From NCBI GenBank assembly GCA_964487555.1, contig CAZART010000010.1, forward strand, positions 349 through 64,348: DNA of 64,000 bases. The letters are read 5' to 3'. Positions within the stretch are counted from its first letter, which is position 1. Every line of letters begins with the position of its first letter. The notes beneath the pieces were generated by a model. That model ran no database searches. It was not told the DNA's origin and was given only the letters and a program-made list of their open reading frames with translations. The translations under genes and the position numbers were made by a program. Positions 1 to 8,073 of the stretch are shown one piece after another. Origin of the DNA: an uncultured Rhodothermales bacterium (lineage in GTDB: Bacteria; Bacteroidota; Rhodothermia; Rhodothermales; VXPQ01).

Positions 1-641
1 CGGCCGTCGACGACCCCGAGATCGAGACGCGCATCGCCCAGTACGAAATGGCCTTCAAGATGCAGATGAGCATCCCTGAGCTGGTCGATTTCGCCGACGA
101 ACCGCAGCACGTCAAAGATCTCTACGGAACGGAGGGCGCCGACGGCACCTTCGCCGCCAATTGCCTCCTCGCGCGCCGCATGGCCGAGCGCGGCGTGCGC
201 TTCATCCAGCTCTACCACCGCGGATGGGACCACCACGGATCCATCAAAGAAGGCCTCGGCAACGCCGCCCGCCTCGTCGATCGCGCCTCCGCCGCGCTCG
301 TCCTAGATTTGAAGCAGCGCGGCATGCTCGACGACACCCTCGTCATCTGGGGCGGCGAATTCGGCCGCACCCCGATGGCCCAGGGCACCGGCCGCGACCA
401 CCACATCAAAGGCTTCTCGATCTGGATGGCCGGCGGCGGCATCCGCGGCGGCATGACCTACGGCAAAACCGACGACTTCGGCTTCGACGTCGTCGAAAAT
501 CCGGTGCACGTCCACGACCTCCACGCGACGATCCTCCACATCATGGGCATCGACCACGAAAAACTCACCTACCGCTACCAGGGGCGCGACTTCCGGCTGA
601 CCGACGTGCACGGCCACGTCGTTCGAGACATATTGGTTTAA
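1..641 (+). CDS. DUF1501 family protein (sulfatase-like fold), C-terminal part; the 5' end lies outside the window
   Basis: Frame 3 is open from the window edge ([21 protein letters not shown]...) to TAA at 639-641. Motifs [22 protein letters not shown] and [10 protein letters not shown] are typical of DUF1501. Confidence 0.75.
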   Translation, partial: AVDDPEIETRIAQYEMAFKMQMSIPELVDFADEPQHVKDLYGTEGADGTFAANCLLARRMAERGVRFIQLYHRGWDHHGSIKEGLGNAARLVDRASAALVLDLKQRGMLDDTLVIWGGEFGRTPMAQGTGRDHHIKGFSIWMAGGGIRGGMTYGKTDDFGFDVVENPVHVHDLHATILHIMGIDHEKLTYRYQGRDFRLTDVHGHVVRDILV

Positions 642-707
642 AGAACGGTCCTGCTGGCTGCCTGGCTCGGCCGACGCTGCCCTGCATCGGGCCGGCGGCG
701 GATTTTC

Positions 708-1014
708 GGTACCGAGTACCGGAGTAACGAGACGCCGGAGTGCCGGAGGATCGGAGTACCGGATGCCGGAGCACCGGAGCACCGGAGCACCGGAGCACCG
801 AGAGTACGGAATACCGGAGCACGGGTGCCGGAATACCGGAGCACGGGTGCCGGCGCACCGGAGCACGGGATGCCGGAGCACGGGGTGCCGGAGCACGGGG
901 TGCCGGAGCACTGGAGTACGGGATGCCAGATGCCGGGTTACCGACGGACCGGATGCCGGATGACCGCCGGACCGGAGTACCGTGGTACCGAGTACCCGGG
1001 GTACCGGGGTAACG
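708..1014. repeat. Intergenic microsatellite-like array with core CCGGAGCAC (9 bp), partly extended to GGGGTGCCGGAGCAC (15 bp)
   Basis: More than 15 head-to-tail copies or variants are read directly. The array is bracketed by the 13-bp direct repeat GGTACCGAGTACC at 708-720 and 984-996. All six frames are stop-free across it. Confidence 0.9.
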
Positions 1015-1058
1015 CGCAGTACGTACAGGGGTGTCGGAGGGTGACCATTTACTTTACC

Positions 1059-2321
1059 ATGCAAAAACCGATCACTTTTATGAAGACGACACGGCGGGAT
1101 TTTTTGAAGACGACCGGGTCGGCCGTATTGGCCGGGCCTGCGGCAACGGCATCCGTCGTAGCCTCATATTCGGCTCCGGCCGCGGCCGGGGCACCGTCTA
1201 TCCTGACGCGCAGGGCGTCCCTGAGTGAACGCGTCATCGGCCACGGCAACTTCCGCTACCGCGTCGAGGCGGATTGGAGCGACCTTAGCCCGACCACGAC
1301 GCCCGTCAAGAACTGCCACGAGATGGTCATGGACCGCCGCGGCCGGCTCATCATGATCACGGACGAAGTGCGCAACAACGTCATCATCTTCGACAAGGCG
1401 GGCCGCCTGCTGGAGAGCTGGGGAACGGCCTATCCCGGGGGCCACGGCCTGACGCTGTGGGATGCGGGCGGCGAGGAATTCCTGCTCATCGCCGATTTCG
1501 ATCGCGGCATCGTCGATAAGACCACGCTGGACGGCCGCGTCGTCCTGTCGCTGCCGGATCCGCGGACCATCGGCGAATACGCCGAGGACGCCCCCTACAA
1601 ACCCACCGAAACCGCCGTCGGCCCCAATGGAGATGTCTACGTCGCCGACGGCTACGGCTCGCAGTACGTACTTCAGTTCTCGGCGGAGGGCGAGTTCATC
1701 CGCAAGTTCGGCGGAAAAGGCGATGCCGATGAGCAATTCTCTACCGTGCACGGCGTCGCCATCGATGATCGGCGGAGCGACAAGGACGGCACCGGCGCGG
1801 GTGGCGGCGGCGTCGAACCCGGCGGGGGCCGAGGCGGCGTCGAACCCGGACGGGGCGGAGACACGGGCCACCGCGCCGCTGGCGCCGCGGAACGCGGCAC
1901 TTACCGTATCGGCACACATGAGCCTACGCTGCTCTGCACGTCGAGGGCCCACAACAGCATCAAGCGCTTCACGCTCGACGGACAGTACCTCGAAACGATC
2001 TTTCTACCCGGCGCTTACGTCTGCCGCCCCGTCCTCGACGACGACCAGGTCTATGCCGGCGTCTGCTGGTCGCGACTCCGCTATCTGAATCAAACCCCGA
2101 ACTCGGGATTCGTGACGATTCTCGACGCCGAGAACCGCGTCGTCTCGAATCCCGGTGGCACGGAGCCGACGTATCGGAATGACGGTGAGCTCGAGCTCAT
2201 GGTGCAATCCGATCCCGTCTTCAAGCACTGTCACGACGTGTGCGTTGATGACGAGAAGAATCTCTACGTCTGCCAGTGGAACGCCGGCGGGACGTATCCC
2301 ATCAAGCTTCACCGCGTGTGA
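1059..2321 (+). CDS. Tat-signal NHL-repeat / six-bladed beta-propeller protein (peptidyl-alpha-hydroxyglycine lyase-like)
   Basis: The ATG at 1059 is followed by MQKPITFMKTTRRDFLKTTGSAVLAGPAATA, a twin-arginine signal. NHL-like blades are present (YVADGYGSQYVLQF, HGVAIDD, NSIKRFTLDG, CHDVCVDDEKNLYVC). The longer ORF from 825 only reads through the upstream repeat. Confidence 0.7.
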   Translation: MQKPITFMKTTRRDFLKTTGSAVLAGPAATASVVASYSAPAAAGAPSILTRRASLSERVIGHGNFRYRVEADWSDLSPTTTPVKNCHEMVMDRRGRLIMITDEVRNNVIIFDKAGRLLESWGTAYPGGHGLTLWDAGGEEFLLIADFDRGIVDKTTLDGRVVLSLPDPRTIGEYAEDAPYKPTETAVGPNGDVYVADGYGSQYVLQFSAEGEFIRKFGGKGDADEQFSTVHGVAIDDRRSDKDGTGAGGGGVEPGGGRGGVEPGRGGDTGHRAAGAAERGTYRIGTHEPTLLCTSRAHNSIKRFTLDGQYLETIFLPGAYVCRPVLDDDQVYAGVCWSRLRYLNQTPNSGFVTILDAENRVVSNPGGTEPTYRNDGELELMVQSDPVFKHCHDVCVDDEKNLYVCQWNAGGTYPIKLHRV

Positions 2322-2390
2322 GGATGCATTGTAGTATGAGGTGATTTGTAAACAGTGGCAATCAACGACGATAGGAAAGCGTGGCCGGCG

Positions 2391-3890
2391 ATGAAGCGAA
2401 CGTGGTGGATCATAGCGGGCGTGGTCGTGGCGGCGGTCGTTGCCGTGCTCATTCTGGGCATCGAGCGGGGCCGCGCACCGTCATTCGTGCTGTTCTTCGG
2501 CCGTTTCCATCCGACCATCGTTCACTTTCCGATCGCGTTCTTGATTCTAGGCGTGCTCGTCGACGCACTGGCGCCGCGCTTTCCCTCTGCAGCGAAGGTC
2601 CGTCCCGCCGTGCCCGTAATCCTCCTGCTCGGCGCCCTTAGCGCGTTCGCCTCGGTGATTCTCGGTTACCTTCTTTCGCTCGGCGGCGGATACGACGAGA
2701 CGCTCCTCTCGGTGCACATGTGGCTGGGCCTCGCCGTCATGACACTGGCCTTCGCGCTCGCTCTCGTGGCATTCAGCCGTCCGCAGCCCGGCCGTCTCTT
2801 TGGGGGATCCATGCTCGTCATGGGCGTTCTGGTGGTCGTCGCCGGTCATCTGGGAGGAAGCCTGGCGCGCGGAAGCGGATATCTGACGTACTACCTTCCG
2901 TCACCCGTGAAGCAGCTCGTGGGGCTCGACGCCGGTCCGGCCGAGGGGCTGATCCAAAACGTCGACTCGGCGATGGTTTTTGCAGATCTCGTCCAGCCGA
3001 TCCTCGATCGCCGCTGCGTGAAGTGCCATGGTCCGTCCAAATCGAAAGGCGACCTCCGGCTCGATTCTCGGGAAGGCGTCGAAGCGGGCAGTCGCGATGG
3101 AGTCGTCGTGGTGGCCGGCAACCCGGCGCAGAGCGAGGTCGTCCGCCGCATTTCCCTTGCGCCATTCGACGAAGACGCGATGCCGCCTGAGGGCGAGCCG
3201 CCCCTTGACGTGGGCGAAACAGAGGTCATCCGCTGGTGGATAGCAAACGGCGCCTCCTTCGACGCGCGCATCGCTGAAATCCCCGAGGCGCCGACGGCCG
3301 TCGAAACCTATCTGCGCCGCGTGGCGGCGCCTCGCGCACCGATCCGATCGGGCATATACGCGCTGGACGTCCCCTCCGCCGATACCGCGGCCGTCGCGGC
3401 GCTTCGGCAAGATGGACTCGTCATCACGCGCATAGACCCCGAAGCCCCGTTCCTTGCCGTAACCGCGGCCGGCTTTCGGGACCGCTTCTCGGATGCTGAG
3501 CTGGAAAAACTCCGCCCTATCTTCCCGCAGATCGCCCATCTCGATGCGGGTCATACGGCGATTACGTCGGCGGGTGTATGGCTCGTTGCTGCGATGCCGC
3601 ATCTCGTCCGCCTTCACCTCGAGGACACGGATATCGACGACGACGCCCTGGCGCATCTCGACGAGCTGGAATATCTGGAGTACCTCAACCTCTACAATAC
3701 CCGCGTCACGGACGAAGGTCTCGTTCATCTTCGCGAGCTCCCGGCGCTGCGATCGGTCTATCTCTGGCAGACGCACGTCACGGACGACGGCGCCGCTACC
3801 CTTCGGCATGCGCATCCGGCCGCGCATGTAAATACGGGAGCCCGGCTCGTTGCGACAGGGACGGATTCCACGTCCACACCCGCCCCATGA
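2391..3890 (+). CDS. Membrane protein with N-terminal multi-TM (DUF2231-like) region, Planctomycete-type cytochrome c motif (PSCyt1-like) and C-terminal leucine-rich repeats
   Basis: MKRTWWIIAGVVVAAVVAVLIL plus about 5 further hydrophobic helices. CVKCHGPSKSKGDLRLDS is a CxxCH haem site. The C-terminus carries LRR-like LxxLxLxxTxV repeats (LEYLNLYNTRVTDEGL, LRSVYLWQTHVTDDG). A GTG at 2355 is an alternative start. Confidence 0.65.
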   Translation: MKRTWWIIAGVVVAAVVAVLILGIERGRAPSFVLFFGRFHPTIVHFPIAFLILGVLVDALAPRFPSAAKVRPAVPVILLLGALSAFASVILGYLLSLGGGYDETLLSVHMWLGLAVMTLAFALALVAFSRPQPGRLFGGSMLVMGVLVVVAGHLGGSLARGSGYLTYYLPSPVKQLVGLDAGPAEGLIQNVDSAMVFADLVQPILDRRCVKCHGPSKSKGDLRLDSREGVEAGSRDGVVVVAGNPAQSEVVRRISLAPFDEDAMPPEGEPPLDVGETEVIRWWIANGASFDARIAEIPEAPTAVETYLRRVAAPRAPIRSGIYALDVPSADTAAVAALRQDGLVITRIDPEAPFLAVTAAGFRDRFSDAELEKLRPIFPQIAHLDAGHTAITSAGVWLVAAMPHLVRLHLEDTDIDDDALAHLDELEYLEYLNLYNTRVTDEGLVHLRELPALRSVYLWQTHVTDDGAATLRHAHPAAHVNTGARLVATGTDSTSTPAP

Positions 3891-6076
3891 GAATTATCCT
3901 CCCTGTCGGACCCTCCGGCCGCCGCGCACTTCCCGCGTGTCCTTCGATCCGCCCGACGTTCCCCACGTGTCCCGCAGTCCGCCACACGTTTCCGGCGTGT
4001 CCCGCAATCCGCCACACGTATCCCGCGTGTCCCGCAATCCGACGCACGTATCCGGCGTGTCCCGCAATCCGACGCACGTATCCGGCGTGTCCCGCAATCC
4101 GACGCACCTTTCCCGCGCGTCCCGCTATTCGCCGCGCCTTTCTCTCCGCTCCCGAGATACGCCGTTCAATTCTCACCGGTCTACCGGCGCGCATCCTCCT
4201 GATCCTCTTGCTCGCCGGGCTGGGCGCGCAGGGCTGCAGTCCGGCCGAATCACGCGAGGATGCGGTTCCCGCGGAAGAACGGCCCGCCTTCACGCTCGTT
4301 GCGGAAACCGGGGCGGACACGTCGTTCACCTACACGGTGGACGTGCGCGACTCCCTGGTGGTCTTCGGCCGCGGCCGCGACGTTGTGGTCGTGAACGTTG
4401 CCGTTCCCTCGCACCCGCGCGTGCTCGCGTTCGTGACGTTGACGGACGCCGTACGCGACGTCGTTCTTCGCGGCTCGTATGCTTACGCGGCCGCCGATGC
4501 CGGCGGTCTCCACATCATCGACCTGTCGGATCCTGCCGCTCCGGCATTGAACGGCCGGATGCTCTTCGGCGATCGCGCATACGGCGTTGACGCGGCCGAC
4601 GGCCGCGCCTATGTGGCCGCTCGCTCAGAGGGGCTTCGGGTTCTTGATGTGTCGGATCCTCAGATGCCCCTCGAAATCGGCCATATCCTCACGCCCGATG
4701 AAGCGGTAGACGTCGTCGTCCGTGGCGACGTCGCGTACGTTGCCGCCTGGTACGCGAGCATGCGCGTGATCGACGTCGGCGATCCCGCGGCGCCGGAAGA
4801 AGTAAGCTTCGCGGCCTATGACAGCTACGACAACGGCGCTGCATGGTCCGTTCACGTGGATGGCGACGTGGGTGTGCAGGCGGTGCCCGACATGGGCCTC
4901 CGCACCGTGGACGTCTCCGATCCTCGTGACGTGAAACTCTATAAGGTCTATCGCGGCCTCTTCGCCCCGATCGGCGCGTTTGTCAGCGGGCGCACGGCAT
5001 ACGTGGCCGACCAGGATGCGGGATTCCGTGTGCTGGACCTCGCCGATCCCAGGATGCCCGTCGAGATCGGCGCGCTCGATCTGCCCGGCTCGGCCATGTC
5101 CTCTGCTCTGTCCGGCACGATCGCTTACGTCGCCTCGCGAGAGGGCGGCCTCCGGATCGTCGACGTATCGCGTCCCTACGCCCCCCGGGAGATCGCGCAC
5201 GTAGATGCCTCAGACGACGTCGCCGACGTCACTTTGATCGGGGACACGCTCGTTGCAGCCGGGCGCCAAAACGGCGTGTTGCTGCACCGCGAGACGGCGA
5301 ATCTCGAAGGGGCCGGATTCATAGCCGGGCCCTCAACCCGCGTAGCGTCATACGGAAACGTACTTCTCGTCGGCGGTCCGAACCGAATCGGCATCTACGA
5401 CCGCTCCGACGTCGCTACGCCCTTGAGCGTGGCATCGGTGCAGGGAACCGTCCACGGCCTGGCCGCCAATGACGATGTCTTGATTGCCGCGACCGAGCGC
5501 TTCGGGATTCGAATTTGGGCGACGAATACCCTCCGCGAAATGGGGGCCTTCGAACCCGATCGGGCGCTCCTCACCACCTCCAATCGAACGCAAATGCTGC
5601 GAACCCCCGTCGCGGCGTGGGACGTGCTGCTCGACGGCCGCCGCGTCATCGCCGCCTTCGATGACGGCATTCGTCTGCTCGACGTCTCGACGCCGTCACG
5701 CCCGACCGTCATCGGTATGCTGGCCACGCCACAGCGCGTTTACCGACTTGCGCTGCGCGGATCGGAGCTTTTCGCCGCCTGCGACGACGGCCTTCGCGTC
5801 ATAGACGTCTCCGATCCGGCCCAGCCGACCGAGCTCTCCTTCCTGAAAACGCCATCCTTCGCCACGGCCATCGCCTTCGACAACGATCATCTTTACGTGG
5901 GTGATCTCAGCGGCATCGTCACCGTCGTCACGACCACCCTCCCGCTCACGCCCCTCGCTGAAGTGAAGGTGGCAGACCGAATCCTGGGTCTTACTACATG
6001 GAACGGAGGCCTCGCTGTCGCCGCCGGTCCGCAAGGAGTTCGCGTCGTGGCCGACCTCCTTCCAAGCGACGACTAG
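3887..6076 (+). CDS. LVIVD-repeat beta-propeller protein with lipoprotein-like hydrophobic segment; the start is uncertain
   Basis: There are more than 10 repeats of the type YAYAAADAGGLHIIDLSDPAAP / AYVAARSEGLRVLDVSDPQMP (LVIVD family). The ATG at 3887 overlaps the upstream TGA (ATGA). The segment RILLILLLAGLGAQGC at about 4190-4240 has no canonical start codon between it and the repeats. Confidence 0.6.
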   Translation: MRIILPVGPSGRRALPACPSIRPTFPTCPAVRHTFPACPAIRHTYPACPAIRRTYPACPAIRRTYPACPAIRRTFPARPAIRRAFLSAPEIRRSILTGLPARILLILLLAGLGAQGCSPAESREDAVPAEERPAFTLVAETGADTSFTYTVDVRDSLVVFGRGRDVVVVNVAVPSHPRVLAFVTLTDAVRDVVLRGSYAYAAADAGGLHIIDLSDPAAPALNGRMLFGDRAYGVDAADGRAYVAARSEGLRVLDVSDPQMPLEIGHILTPDEAVDVVVRGDVAYVAAWYASMRVIDVGDPAAPEEVSFAAYDSYDNGAAWSVHVDGDVGVQAVPDMGLRTVDVSDPRDVKLYKVYRGLFAPIGAFVSGRTAYVADQDAGFRVLDLADPRMPVEIGALDLPGSAMSSALSGTIAYVASREGGLRIVDVSRPYAPREIAHVDASDDVADVTLIGDTLVAAGRQNGVLLHRETANLEGAGFIAGPSTRVASYGNVLLVGGPNRIGIYDRSDVATPLSVASVQGTVHGLAANDDVLIAATERFGIRIWATNTLREMGAFEPDRALLTTSNRTQMLRTPVAAWDVLLDGRRVIAAFDDGIRLLDVSTPSRPTVIGMLATPQRVYRLALRGSELFAACDDGLRVIDVSDPAQPTELSFLKTPSFATAIAFDNDHLYVGDLSGIVTVVTTTLPLTPLAEVKVADRILGLTTWNGGLAVAAGPQGVRVVADLLPSDD
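3901..4170 (+). repeat. Nine phased 30-bp tandem units (consensus TCCGGCGTGTCCCGCAATCCGACGCACGTA)
   Basis: Units start at 3901, 3931, ... 4141. The central three (4021-4110) are nearly identical and the outer ones are degenerate. The array is in frame with the ATG at 3887 and translates as (P)ACPAIRRTY decapeptides. Confidence 0.9.
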
Positions 6077-6108
6077 TTGGTGTACAAAGTCACTTTTGGT
6101 GCGCCAAG

Positions 6109-7761
6109 TCACTCTCGTCGTCGCATTCGTTCGATCACTCCGCGCGTCGCATCGATCCGCTCCATCAATGCTTCCCGATAACGCCACGCCTGGTGCTCGA
6201 CGTTTTCATGACGGTGGTTGAGGACGTGTTCGAGGTCGGATAGATAGACATCCGACTGATGCAGCAGACCGTCGAGGGCGGCGTCGTCGTGAAATCCGCC
6301 GCCATCGACCGTCACGTAGATGGGTGTGGTGTGCGCCACCTGCAGAGAACCGGCCGCGGCGCGCGCCGCAATCCACATACCCTTTTCGACCGTCACATCC
6401 CACGTTGCCGAAAGTCGCCGGCTCGACTGGCCGGCACCGTCGGCCACGGCGCGGCCGACCACTTCACCGTAAACGACGACCTCCATAGACGAGAGGGGCG
6501 TCTGCGAGGAATGGCCGAAGGCGGTGGCTTCCACGGTCAGCCGTTCGCCGGCGGCGAGCTCGAGGTGCGAGCCAGGCTTGCGCCCATTCACCTCCAGAAA
6601 CAGAATGGGGCCGCTGGTGGCAAAGGTCCGGCCTGCCCGAACGGCAGCCATCCAGGAATCGTACGTCAGCTCGCCCTCGACGTAGGCGTAGAACCGGGCG
6701 TTTCCAATTTGCGCGTTCCGATGGACGGGAATCCCGCCCGAGCCGTCGTGCGGTTTGCCGCACCAGGGAAAATCCGATCCCGCCGTGACGGTGACCGGAA
6801 AACCGAGATTCAGAAGATCGTAGAAATGATCCGTGATGAGAGGCCCGCCCGGCACGCAGAACTGGACGACCTCCAGCACGTCGACTTTGCCGCGAAGCCC
6901 GTCGAGAGTGAGACCGCGGTGGCCGTGGAAGCTCTCCGCCTGATGGGCGTAGCCGCCTACTCCACCGGCCGCGCGAAGGCTGTCAAAGACGAGATCATAC
7001 AGATAATACCGGTTCGGAAACCGCACAAACGTCGATGCGCCGAGCCCGATCACGTGACCGAGCTCCGGCGTCCGCGGATCTTCCTGACCCGAGACGAGCA
7101 TGTAGCCGCCGTCGTGATAAACACCGTCCGAGCCGAATGCATACTGCGAGTAATACTTCTCCCAGAAGTCGCCCATCCGCAGCAGATTGCCCACCCTTAC
7201 GTCTTCCGCCTGTGTCCAGGCGAGCAAGAGCGGGTTCTCCCGCGGCGAACGGCGGACGTGGATGTGATCGTCGGCCGAGTACCATCCCAGGGCCGCCGTG
7301 TCGATCCACCGCTCCATCCGGTATTCCCGCTCGGCCTCGCCTGATATGTGAATCGTGTCGCGCACCGCTTCGAACTCATTCCCCTTTGAGATCGCAAGAA
7401 CATAGCGGCCGGGCTCGACATCGAGCTCGAAAAAGCCGTCCACGTAGAACGCACTGTCGGGCTGATATCCGTATCCGTCCGCATGATCCCACATTCCATA
7501 CATGACGCCGATTGCCTGCTCGGGCAGCGCGGTCGGACGGCCGTCGAGCGTCGACATCTTCACCCGAACGGGCGTGCGTTCCCCGGTCGCCGCATCGAGG
7601 ATTGCCACGCGAAGCGAAGACCTCGCACCAGCATCCTCCGTCGTCGCCTCTTCCCGGTTCGTGAGGACCACGACCCATGCGCCGACGAGTAGAGAGAGAA
7701 CGCCGAATATCATTCCGGCCTTGAATCGCTTGAGCGCATTCATAGAGAGAGGGAATATCAC
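6109..7761 (-). CDS. Secreted or membrane-anchored metallohydrolase, PHP/CehA-McbA-like
   Basis: A 550-aa ORF with N-terminal anchor GMIFGVLSLLVGAWVVVL, metal-binding-like WYSADDHIHVRRS, and a later GYAHQAESFHGHRG. The family assignment is from motif memory only. Confidence 0.5.
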   Translation of the reverse strand: MIFPLSMNALKRFKAGMIFGVLSLLVGAWVVVLTNREEATTEDAGARSSLRVAILDAATGERTPVRVKMSTLDGRPTALPEQAIGVMYGMWDHADGYGYQPDSAFYVDGFFELDVEPGRYVLAISKGNEFEAVRDTIHISGEAEREYRMERWIDTAALGWYSADDHIHVRRSPRENPLLLAWTQAEDVRVGNLLRMGDFWEKYYSQYAFGSDGVYHDGGYMLVSGQEDPRTPELGHVIGLGASTFVRFPNRYYLYDLVFDSLRAAGGVGGYAHQAESFHGHRGLTLDGLRGKVDVLEVVQFCVPGGPLITDHFYDLLNLGFPVTVTAGSDFPWCGKPHDGSGGIPVHRNAQIGNARFYAYVEGELTYDSWMAAVRAGRTFATSGPILFLEVNGRKPGSHLELAAGERLTVEATAFGHSSQTPLSSMEVVVYGEVVGRAVADGAGQSSRRLSATWDVTVEKGMWIAARAAAGSLQVAHTTPIYVTVDGGGFHDDAALDGLLHQSDVYLSDLEHVLNHRHENVEHQAWRYREALMERIDATRGVIERMRRRE

Positions 7762-7957
7762 GCCGTGGTACGGTTCGACGCCGACCCGCTTACCGTCGAT
7801 CGGTTCAATGTAACATACCTCCGCCGCCTCGTCCTAAACGCTCGAAAAGCCACTCCGCTGGAGCGCTGATCTGATGGATGCATACCTTCCGGCTTGCCTT
7901 CAACGATCAGCGGCCTTTAATCGTATATCGTCGATCTACGATCAGGCGGTACCCGCC

Positions 7958-7981
7958 AAAAAAGAGGCCTCAACCGGCCTC
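7958..7981 (-). terminator. Intrinsic terminator downstream of fbaB
   Basis: Minus-strand GAGGCC-GGUUGA-GGCCUC (a perfect 6-bp GC-rich stem) is followed by U6. A degenerate copy lies at about 8014-8040. Confidence 0.6.
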
Positions 7982-8073
7982 CCACTCCATCATGCCAGAT
8001 CGAATCCATCGTCAAAAAAGTCGGCCTGTCAACCGGCCTCCCCACTCCATCACGCCAGATCGATCCCCTCGTC
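7958..8073. repeat. Tandem duplication (56 + 60 bp) spanning the stop codon and terminator of fbaB
   Basis: Copy B (8014-8073) contains the last 7 codons plus the TGA of fbaB. Copy A (7958-8013) is a diverged duplicate (…CCCACTCCATCATGCCAGATCGAATCCATCGTC versus …CCCCACTCCATCACGCCAGATCGATCCCCTCGTC). Confidence 0.85.

Noticed and set aside
825-1058. The N-terminal 78 codons of track ORF 825..2321 (MPEYRSTGAGAPEHGMPEHG...).
   Set aside because: This stretch is only read-through of the CCGGAGCAC repeat, which is open in all six frames. A proper ATG followed by a twin-arginine signal is at 1059.
708-4170. Whether the tandem arrays (708-1014 and 3901-4170, and also 22158-22236 and 56124-56263) could be CRISPR arrays.
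   Set aside because: The units are directly adjacent with no unique spacers. The periods are 9-30 bp, and no cas genes are present in the window.
5500-5520. GGGATTCGAATTTGG, resembling the reverse complement of a tRNA T-arm.
   Set aside because: No acceptor or anticodon arms can be built around it, and it is inside the LVIVD coding region. No tRNA-like T-loop (GGTTCGAnTCC) was seen elsewhere in the window.
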